A stretch of 61,458 bases of DNA, counting the filler, from Choristocarpus tenellus KU-1152 (lineage: Eukaryota; Protista; Phaeophyceae), in NCBI GenBank assembly GCA_964200185.2. It is 11 parts of 11 records of this genome, joined end to end, with 100 filler letters (N's around TTAATTAATTAA, not from the genome) between each part and the next. Parts side by side here need not be neighbours in the genome. Positions count along the whole stretch, not along the records: positions 49,354 to 53,172 come from CAXNAD020017746.1; positions 53,273 to 58,157 come from CAXNAD020012670.1; positions 58,258 to 61,458 come from CAXNAD020021586.1; 8 more parts are not named here. One strand, given 5' to 3'. Positions 51,576 through 61,458 of the stretch are shown here, piece by piece. The notes under the pieces are model-generated. The model saw nothing but the letters and a program-made list of their open reading frames with translations, searched no databases and was not told where the DNA came from. The position numbers were made by a program, and so were the translations under genes. The first letter of the stretch is position 1. Every line of letters starts with the position of its first letter.

Positions 51576-52527
51576 AAGTGTGTATTTGTGTTAACCCCTT
51601 TACTGTGAATACTGATAAATGCCTCTTTGTATACATCAAGTGAACTCAAGTAGGAGAGGGGGTCAATTTGGACCCCTTTTGAAGCCTGATAAATACGCAC
51701 CATTCATACCCATGCCTGATAAATGCCGTTTACCTCGATTGCCACAAATTCACTCCAAATTTGTCGAATGGCACCACCCTCTGTTCGATGGCATCAGTTA
51801 CGGAATCATGCATGTAACAACAACCGTATCGCATTGTATATATATATATATATATATATAAATGTGAATCTTTGCTTTGCTACATTTGAATTCGATACTA
51901 ACGTGTGCCGCCCGTACGCAAAAAAAAGAGTATACGCACAAGATCCATTCCCCCTTCCACTTGCATCCAACGACCAAACGATACCTTTTTTTTTTTATGA
52001 ACCCTCAGTACGGATATCTCTAACAGCAGCATCCAAGAAAAAACAACCACCGGCACACCACAACTTGTAGCATCCAAGAGTCGATCTCAACGCCCAATCA
52101 TTTTCACCTGAGCGCACGAATTCAAAGAACTTGGGTGTATCGCCGCACACACAGCAGCCCCGCTACAATCAGAAAAAAAAAAAAAATCTACTTTTTGTCC
52201 TGCATTTAAAAAATAAATAAATCTTCGCTGAGTGTATCACACCTCTGAAGCCATCTCTCTATCTATGCTCCAGCGGACACACACACACTTTCAAACCTAC
52301 TGAGGTAATAATCGTGTCCCCGTACGCCACAGTGTATCTCCTCTTCAGACCCCGTGTAAGCGAAAAGAAAGAGAAATATTTTTCCCAGAAAGTTCCTGAA
52401 CTGGGATGCACTTTGAATGGAGACAGCAGGTCGAGAGAGAGAGAGTAATTAGAAGGAGAGCGTATTCTAAAGTCTTATTGTGATTGGATTGTTGCGGCAC
52501 GCACTTCATGTGATGCTTCTGCATCTT

Positions 52528-52700
52528 GAAGATGAGTCGAAGTATACCTGACGATGAGTCGAAGTATATCTGACGATGAGTCGAAGTATATCTTACGATG
52601 AGTCGAATTATATCTGACAATGAGTCGAAGTATATCTGACGATTAGTTGAAGTATATCTGACGATGAGTCGAAATATACCTGACGATGAGTCGAAGTATA
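52528..52700 (+). repeat. 22-nt minisatellite (GACGATGAGTCGAAGTATATCT) x ~8
   Basis: GAGTCGAAG-like starts at 52534, 52556, 52578, 52600, 52622, 52644, 52666 and 52688. Confidence 0.92.
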
Positions 52701-52986
52701 AGTATATAACGGAGAGGGTGGAGCCACGTCCGTTTTGGGGGTCCAAAATCCAATGTTGCGATTTTTTATTAATGTAATTTTGGCTATCTTGTTTTTGCTA
52801 GGAAGTGTCAATATCCTTGTTCCGGACACATACCTTTACAATAACGTATACATTTTACCTACTCCAAAATTTTGGAGTAGGTACAAATGTCATAAAAAGA
52901 GGGACGGACGGGACCATGGGAAGGAAGCCAAGCCCCAAATGGACAAACAGGGGAAAAAACCATACACCTCTAAGATACTTCCACTC
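52688..52986 (+). mobile_element. MITE family A, diverged copy
   Basis: Internal match to other copies; ends AGATACTTCCACTC; TSD CGAT. Confidence 0.82.
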
Positions 52987-53172
52987 CGATGCCACCACAG
53001 TCCCAAATCCCACTCAATTGTGCTCAAGACGTATCAAGGTGTTCCTTTTGTTTTTGTGCATGACGTATCGTTTTCAAATTCGTGAGCGCTTGATTTATGC
53101 ACGCACCCCCCCCCCCGCATGTACTGAGGACGTGGACGTGCATCAAGTAGCAATACAAGTCATTTGTGTACC

Positions 53173-53272
53173 NNNNNNNNNNNNNNNNNNNNNNNNNNNN
53201 NNNNNNNNNNNNNNNNTTAATTAATTAANNNNNNNNNNNNNNNNNNNNNNNNNNNNNNNNNNNNNNNNNNNN
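53173..53272. other. Artificial assembly linker
   Basis: N44-TTAATTAATTAA-N44. Confidence 0.97.
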
Positions 53273-53336
53273 AGCTGACCCAGTCCCCGGCCCCCAATCA
53301 CCAACTACTTGCCCAAGATATCTACCCCCTCATCAG

Positions 53337-56300
53337 GTGTATGGGCCCAAGGTGTCTGCAGTAGACTGCAACCCCAGGGAGCTGCTATTGTACACTACAG
53401 CACAAGTTGCAATGGGGGCATTGCCCTCCCCTCATACGGCCTCACTCAATGAAGGACCAGGGCGGGGTCAGGGGAGGAGGTGGGCAAGCCTTGGAGTAGG
53501 GACCAGCCATTCATTCTCCACACGCTGGGTTGTCCATCAGCATGCCGTCACCTGGTGAGGATATGGTTTTGCGTATGTGTGTGTGATGAGGGTGGAGTTA
53601 GGGGAGAGACGGCCAAAGATTCTACTCTTCTGCATTACGTATGGGCTGAATCGTTATTTTTAATGTGCAATGATCTATGACAGTTGTAATATTGTTTGAT
53701 GCTTATTATTTGGAGATGGGGTAGAGGAAGACTGGATGCGGGTGGGAAAATAAGGTGAAGTGCCCAACTATCTGTGTGTTTGTGATGGCTGGTTTTGTGT
53801 ATTGGACGGGCAAGAGGGGATTTGCATCTATAGATGTAGGGGGTGGCATCCATGAGTGACTTGCAATTACGGTTTGACTTTTGGGATATTTCTGCCGCTC
53901 CAGTCTCGTAGGGTCCTGGAGGGTGGAGGGGAAGGAGAAGGGACAGATCTGGCAAAGCATGATTGAAACTTTGCTGCCCAGTTGGGAGTGTTCTGTCCAG
54001 AAAGAGTGCAAATTGTGTTTTGTATGGTTCATTTTCTATTCCTGTACATTGGGATGTGGGTAATGTACAGGGGTTAATCTCAGTGCTCCACGCCCCCCAT
54101 GGGTAATGCATTGCTATGTTATGTTTCTTGCAGGGTTTTCCAATCAAGCAGTTGGAAGGGTTGTGAGGAACACTGGTATGTGTGTTGTCTCCCTGTGCAA
54201 ACGCCAGGAGCTCGATGAAGTGGTCCCAGCTCGACCATCAAACTGTCTGAGAAGGTTGTATTCATATTGCTTTGCCAAGATCGAAAATCTCTGAATGGTT
54301 TGTACATATTGTGTGTATATGTTTTGTTTGTTATACGTGAAGGTTGGCTGCTAGAACAGCAACCATACCACAAGGTCCTCTTTTCACAATAGACAGGAGG
54401 AAGGAAGTAGTTATGTTATTGTGCTGGGGTACAAGTATGTGGCAGTGTTCAATAGATGGTGCCAAATCCTGCATGTACTGCGGTAGCACAGGGTTGATTG
54501 TAGATATTGTACTTCAAAATGCACTGTATTGGCTCGGTGCAAGGGTTAGGGGTAGACATTGCATGGAAGGCCAAATAGAGTGTGCCCTTAGGTGCTTTGC
54601 TACCATATGCTTCCCCAATTCTAATCCTCCACCACTGTCTGTGATTCCTTCAATATTCACGTCTAGCCTACACACTAGTGGCTGTTTCGGTGGCATGGAT
54701 GTAAGAGATGCAGTGGGTGTGGTATCAAACACCTTGCTGCAGTTGTCGAAGACCAGGATATTGATGTCACATGCAACTGTGGAGGTGGGTGTCACTGTTG
54801 GTTCTTTGTGTAGGGAAAGGAACTGGGGAGGGGAGGAGACGGAATCAACGGCGATTTGGGAGATGTGTGGGTTGCACTGGCTATTCAAAACACTTTTTAG
54901 GTGCTGTCCCAAGGTGGGTTCTCATTGTACTGACTCCTCCGACCTGAGTTCATTAAGACTAACCCTCCAAGCATGGCTATACCACAGCACTGAACTTCAG
55001 TTTTCCTTGATATATAAATTACAACCCTAATCATATTGGTAGACTTCAACCCAAACCTTAGCAATAGCCCTCGCCCTGTGCCAAGTGCAATCAGGCAGGC
55101 ATATCTCCCAGTCACTTCCCAATCTCACCCCCCTCGTCTTGAACTCCTTTGGCATCTCTGACAATCCTCTGTTCTGTTCCCCAACATGCCAACCTATTCC
55201 TGTGCCCTCTTGAACACGGTACTGTGGGATGACAGGACTTCTCTGCTTCCAACCCTGCTACAGGATAGCCGAGGTGGGGTTGAATACATGGGGAGGGGGC
55301 ATGCGTGCAATGTAGAACGTTGTGTTGCAGTGTGATGGGATGTAAGTGGTTAGAAGACAACCTTGTCATTAGATGTTGGGGTAGGAGAGTGGTGAGTTGG
55401 GTAGCCAGGGTATGGTATGGATGGGTAGGACTTTATTTCTGCCGCCCCTTCCCCCCCCCCCCGTCCCCTTCCCTCAAGTCTATATTACCCTTCAAGATGA
55501 TGCCGAGAATATAGTGTATCGGCTCCAACACACTCACTATGATGATTTCCAATAAACTGTAGCTTGGGGGGAGGAGAAGGTAAAGATATAGTGTGCAAAT
55601 TCTACAATAGGTTCTGCAAGCTGCAATAATGCAGTATGGGGGAAAAGGCGTGTGGGGATTAAAAAGCGTGGTCATCAATGATACTGGTCGGAGAAGAGTA
55701 GTTTGTCATCAGTGGGGCAATAAATATTTCAGTACTTTTGATGCAGAGTGTCCTGTACCCCAGACCCTCCCCTCCACATGGTATATTCACCCTTCTTCCA
55801 CAGAGAGGTGGTAAATCGATTTGATCCCACAACCTTTGATTTTATCAACTCTGAGGTCTCACTAGTCCTATTGAACAGATAATGGTGCAACTCTCTGCCC
55901 TGTTAACAACCCCATATACTATCCCAACTGCAACAGAAGAGGTTAGAGGAGGCTGTGGTAGCACCAGTATTTATCAACTCACATTCTGTGGATCCCAACA
56001 ATTACTCTTCCCACCGATTTCATTTGCATCACCACCTCACCCTCCTCCCTCTCCCACCCTCCTATTACCTTTGAATTGTTTAAATGCTGTCTACTTTTGC
56101 AGGAGGCTGTTCTGAATAGAGACCTTCCTGCCCCTGAGATTTCAGTTGTGGAGTTCCCAGGCACTGAGGACTGTGAGGTCAAGTGTGATGTCATCTAGAC
56201 TCCAGTTGCTGAGATTTTTGCTGTTGAGGCACAGGTGGATAACGTTCGAGCCAGACAAACACGTCATGGACTTCGTGGGGGAGAGAGAGACCATGACTTC

Positions 56301-57172
56301 GACGGATGATTCTGAGAGTGAAGACGACTCTGATCGGTATTCCGGTATTACGGTCGATCCGATTCCACTTAGTTCACCTATTGTCCCAGCTGCAATTGAG
56401 GAAGCTGTGGCAGCACCAACACATCTCAATTCATGCTTGGTGAGTCTGAAATATTGTGTTTTGAATACATTGGGAAGCTATTCCATCTACTATTTGAATG
56501 TACTACAAATTAGAAAGGGCTTGAGTTTACGCCAGCCAAATGGGCAGATTTAATGGTTGGACCGATCCTTGCTATTTCCTATAATGTGTGTAATGTCAGT
56601 AGTAGTTAGGTGTTTGGGATTTTTCATCCTTTGGCGGGTCATCACTAGATGCTGAAAACAAAGGTTCTCACGGAGGTTTGTTCAATTGACAGTTCTGAAT
56701 GGAAGGAGAAACCTAGTTGCTGGTGGCACCTTAAATTTGTTTGTGTGCTTCAGATTGGATGCATAGGTCTCAACATCACAGCTTTGCTAGTGAAAAACAG
56801 TGCAGGTCTACATGCAGAAATATTCTAAAGTAGGACTCTCTCCTGCACAAGTGGACATTGAGAGAATACAAAGGTCCCACGTTGGGTGGGTGGGGAGGGG
56901 AGAGTGAAGTGGCAACACAATCGGTTTGTAGGAGGAGGAATGGCTTTCCATGGTCAAAACACATTTGAACTTGTGGCTAAGAATTTTGCAACCACCGACC
57001 CCTTCTGCACATATCCCTGCTGTTGGAACCCTTGTCTTTTGAGGTACAGATGGCTGAGGAACCTGGTATGGTAGAAGAGACTGTTGCAGTTGTGACAGGT
57101 GTTGATGGGGGTCCTCCTACCTCGGTTGGTGATAGTGTGACTGATGTCACTCTACCAGAGCCTTCTCCTAAG
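53337..57172 (+). pseudogene. Degenerate multi-exon Cys-rich gene, possibly CxC/KDZ-type transposon protein
   Basis: Exon-like AG...GT blocks; CP...C...LDGQEGI (~53760-53825), CMYCG...LIVD (~54470), CKRCSGCGIKH...CNCG (~54700-54783), acidic exons 56103-56439 and 57049-57172; in-frame stops. Confidence 0.3.
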
Positions 57173-58157
57173 GTGAGTACTGTCACTTTTTGTTGATCTT
57201 CCCTCACCTGGTTTTCTTGTTTGCGAAGTACAATGACAATTGAAGGATCAGGCAAGGGGAAGCAAAAATGGCAGTACCCACCTCAACTTTACCCCCGGGA
57301 AGTGACAGTCTAATCTTCTCAGTAGTGGCTGGTACTAGTAGCTCAGTCTCCTCTACTGCAGCAGGGACCTCGACCGTCTGTACAGCAATAGCATTGGACT
57401 CCACTCTTGGGTATTTCACAGCCAATGTCTCCATGACAGGAACGTCCCCTCCTGGCACAGTCTCCTACAAAGGGATCGGATGTTGACAGAACGTGATTGT
57501 AATGGGAAGTTGGGGTTGCAATACAACAGAAATCTTAGGGAGGTGAAATGACCTTGTGTTTAGTTGAGAGGGTGCTATTGAATTCTTAACAACTAATGAA
57601 TATCACCCCTTACCTGCTTTATTATTTTTAGAACAGTCAGGCATAGCAGTTCCTTCATTGGTGATGATAATAAAAGTAGGCTTGGTAGCTTCTGCTTGCC
57701 TTTCGGTTATTGGTTTTGACTGTGCTGTATTCTCAACTGTGACAGTGTTGTTAGGCATCCTGATTGTTCAGCATGATTGCCATGATTTTTTCATATGCAG
57801 TTGCTTGCCTTAGTACTCCAAGTATAAGGATTAATGCTGTGTATAGTGCCTCTGACCACAGGTCGGAATGGTCTTCAGACTAAAATGAAGGTAATAAGGT
57901 TAAGTACAATAATAGTTTGTACATTGCATGAACCAACCAATGTCATCTAAAGTTTGTATCGCCGCATAGCCCCATACTTACCTTTGCCAAGGAACCATTT
58001 TGATGCAATGACACCGCATGACTACCCTCCATCTAAACTTTCATGTCCCTACACGATTTCTTTGCTCTTCTTACAGCAGAGTATGTGTGGACACAGTTCA
58101 ACTTTCTCACATGATGTGGCACAGATAGTCAACTCGGGTCGTGGTTCCTCTGTGGCT

Positions 58158-58257
58158 NNNNNNNNNNNNNNNNNNNNNNNNNNNNNNNNNNNNNNNNNNN
58201 NTTAATTAATTAANNNNNNNNNNNNNNNNNNNNNNNNNNNNNNNNNNNNNNNNNNNN
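58158..58257. other. Artificial assembly linker
   Basis: N44-TTAATTAATTAA-N44. Confidence 0.97.
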
Positions 58258-58337
58258 AATGTAAAAGCCCTTTTCCTGATTTTGGCCAAATGGACACCCT
58301 GGTGTAGACTCCCCCCCCCCCAGAGATACTTTAGGTC
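58258..58337 (-). mobile_element. MITE family B end (cut by gap)
   Basis: CCAAATGGACACCCTGGTGTAGACTCCCC...AGATACTTTAGGTC. Confidence 0.75.
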
Positions 58338-59072
58338 AGAACATAATGACAATATGATAAAAACATGATAAGCAAATGCTCGTAACCAAGAAGATGCATG
58401 CAAGGTTTGATGGTAGTGAGTGTGGATAGAGGCAACATATGATACAGAAAACTCGGCAAAACCAATGAATGCTGGTGACTAGTAAATTTAGAACAGGGCA
58501 GGGTGAACTGTTGATTGGGAGATTTCAACTTGCAGACTGGTAGTGGACTCAGGTGTGTCATGGATCAGACTGGTTATGTTGTATGTGCCTGGGGGTGATA
58601 TTGCTTCCAGTGTGCAAGGCGCTTTGCATGCCACCTGATAATAGCTGTTCATTGTAGCAAGTTTTGAGCTTGTCTGCTCGTTATTGTTGTGCTGTTCACG
58701 CCTATGATTCCTTGAAATCTCGCCTGCACTTGATGCCGTCTGCCTCTGGGAAGTAAGTCCTGTTCGTAGTCACCAGTTACAGTATCTTGATGAAGATATT
58801 TCGTTAGTTCAGCCTTTTTAAAATTGTTGCTTCTTTACTAGCAATGCCCTCAGGAGTGAGCGATACCCTTGTCCGGCTCGGTTGGGTTTTGATAAATTTG
58901 GACCACAACCAGTAACTGCACTGGGATCTTTGCCAAGGTGTATGGCAGCATGAAGAGACAATGTGGAATGGTACATGTTTCAGAGATTCTAGCATTATGT
59001 GTATGTGCCTTGCCATTTACCCTTGATTAGACTTGTGTTCAAATGCGTTCAAATTCCATTAATTACCCACCA

Positions 59073-60413
59073 TCCTACCCTTCTTCTACATCTTAGTTGG
59101 AGACTCCCCTTTTTGCATACCAAGCAATCCTTAGCAGTCCGTGATGCATTATACTGAGCTTCAGTGAGATGTGGGACAGAGCGAGACGTTGCCTACTGAG
59201 CTCAAGAAAAATATGTCGTAACCAGTGTGTATTGGTCATATTTCCAAGTCATTATTATTGCGGAGTGGAAGGTACCTATTGATCATTACACTCTAACAGT
59301 CACTGTTGGGACGGACTATCCAACGTAATCCTAAAGACAAGTTATTTACACACAAAAAGGCATATATTGGGTACCTAGACATTGAGTGCCTTTTACTGGC
59401 CTCAGTAAATATTTGACCGGATTCAAAAGTCATCGAAAAATAATAATACCACGTTGCACAGGAGAACTGTAGTAAAATCCTTGCCTAGCCGGGATTTCTG
59501 TGGTGTAACCATAGACAGGATAGTACTGCCATGCGGTGTTCATTGATAGTGATTGCCATGTGGAATTGGATAACAGAAACCAGATCACAGTGAAGAGAAT
59601 TCTGGTGCCGATGGGGTTCAAACTCGCATGGAACAGTCTCCTTTAACCCTGGAGGGATCACTCAAATACCAACCCTCAAACTTTTTGGTGTTACCTTCAT
59701 GGGTTTCGTTGGTTTGAAGCTGTTCGAGACCACGTTTTAGACGATAACACTACTGAACATTATGTAAATTGGGTCGATTCTACTATTGCTCATAAGCGCA
59801 GCTAAAAAAGGTTGATGTATAGGAGTCCTAGAGTCTTATCCCGTGCTAGAAACAATAACTGAACAATACATGAACGTTCAAGAAAAGGACTAATGCTCCG
59901 TGCTGTCTTATCATGTAGGAGGAATGCAATTAAGACGAAAATTGTGCCTCACCTCACTGGTGTACCCAGAAAATAATATTTTGAACACTTTGTCTCTTCA
60001 CAATGTTTTTCACATGCACGATTATATGGACCCTCAAATCAAATTCTTGTGGGCATCTGGGTGGGTACCTATGACCGTTGTCGTACCTTGTATCGAGGCA
60101 TCTTGGTATAGCAATAATGTTTAGGATTACAATCCTGTGCAATGGCACCTACCCATTGTCTTGTGCCACCTACCACTCACAAAGCGCTAGGCATATATTA
60201 CTCAAGGTTGTCACCTTTGGGCAATTAGAGACGACACTAGGGCTCATTTTCGTTTGTCTCTGTCGGGTCAAAAAGATCAGTTTACTAACTCTTAATGCCA
60301 TATCTATACCTTGATCGCCTTACTAAGACAGGTGACAATCCTATTCTCAGAATCAAAAGTAGAGAGGAGGAGAGGCAATACTGACTAGTAGCTACCCTCA
60401 TCCAGGAGCACCA
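59073..60413 (-). mobile_element. Probable Ty3/Gypsy LTR-retrotransposon internal relic
   Basis: Minus-strand PBS TGGTGCTCCTGGATGAGG (60396-60413) 2 nt from a CA end at 60416-60417; purine tract AGAAGAAGGGTAGGA followed by TG at ~59071-59087; integrase-like WQSLSM at ~59545. Paired LTRs not confirmed. Confidence 0.45.
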
Positions 60414-61458
60414 AGTGGGGTGCCAGGGCCGAACCTATAGTAAGTATAGCTCTGCAAGTACAACTATGACAGAATAAATTGCACATTGATTCACATTGGT
60501 CTATGAATAAATTATTGACACAGCATGTGGCCAGGTGTATAACTACTATAACGTGAAGTAATAAATTTACTAATCAAACATCTTTACATCCTGTCTACAT
60601 GCCCACTCACAAACAACACATCCTTGCTTGGCCACAAGAGTCGTGTGTAAACCTTTTCCACCCAGGCAGCACAGATGCGTCCGTATACTCTATATGCATC
60701 GGGTTCTCACACTATTATAACTGTAGACATATATATCCAGCGGTTTGCATCCAGTGATGAGTACTAGCATTCTAGTACACACAACTTCGAAATATAGGTA
60801 CTCATAAACAGATTTTGCGGACAACTCTCAAATCCTCTTTTGTTTCGAGTTTGTACGAGCTGTCTTCTTGTACCTCATGTTGTACTGTACTACAGTGAGT
60901 GTGCCGATATAAGAGAGGATAGGGGGCAATCTTATGTCCTGATCCTTTCTTAATATATATAAGAGCGCTTTTCTTCTAAACCGAGGGATAGCTATAAGAG
61001 AAACCTATGTTATATCGAGCAATAGTGGTGGTAGGCACCTTATCCCCGAACGACGACAGAGCGACGCCCTTGTTGTATGTGCTTCCCTTGTGCCTTCAAG
61101 AGTAGTTACATGTAGATATGTATTGAATATTGCCCTTAGTGAGCCCATTTCGATGAAGCTGTGGTGGTGCAACAAACACCACATCAACACCTGCACAGAA
61201 TACCAATGTTTTATGTATACAGTACTGAACTTTGGTAATTGAACTCATTGCGATGTATTCACTCATATGTATGGTACACCTACCCAAGAAAAGCATCCAC
61301 AAGCCGCTGGATGGCTGGACAGACAACTCGCAGTTCAAAATCAACGCTCAAAGCCATCTCATTCCGATGCCCTGATCTATTATTTAATTGCACTCTATGT
61401 GGAAAGCATGTTTGTCTGTTATTATACCGTATTGCTCGTATGCCATATACCGTTATAC

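Noticed and set aside
51340-51703. Met/Tyr/Val/Cys-rich ORFs
   Set aside because: Translations of the (TATG)n microsatellite.

Overview
Eukaryotic, intron-rich and transposon-dense DNA. The TTAGGG-type repeats, short exons and TE content suggest a stramenopile such as a brown alga, but that is only inference. The window is 11 contigs joined by identical artificial 100-nt linkers (N44-TTAATTAATTAA-N44), so adjacency across gaps is not evidence of linkage. Host genes: the 3' half of a DLDGD-type cellular RNA-dependent RNA polymerase (minus, 40-3711), a multi-exon gene for a protein with repeated (R/H/S)LY...CTFxP motifs (plus, ~5030-16372+) and one exon of a choline/ethanolamine kinase. Mobile DNA: a degenerate DD39D-type mariner, two Copia relics, a probable Gypsy relic with PBS and PPT, two CACTA/EnSpm transposase relics, a 0.8-kb foldback, and two related MITE families sharing the terminal motif CAAAGTATCT (about 17 copies or fragments). 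The most interesting locus is contig 18143-25583. There a higher-order satellite (4 x ~79-nt monomers, ~315-nt period) whose core ATGGACAGGTGGTGT resembles a MITE subterminal motif lies upstream of a spliced Cys/His-rich, Sola2-like transposase gene, which could be the autonomous partner of the MITEs.
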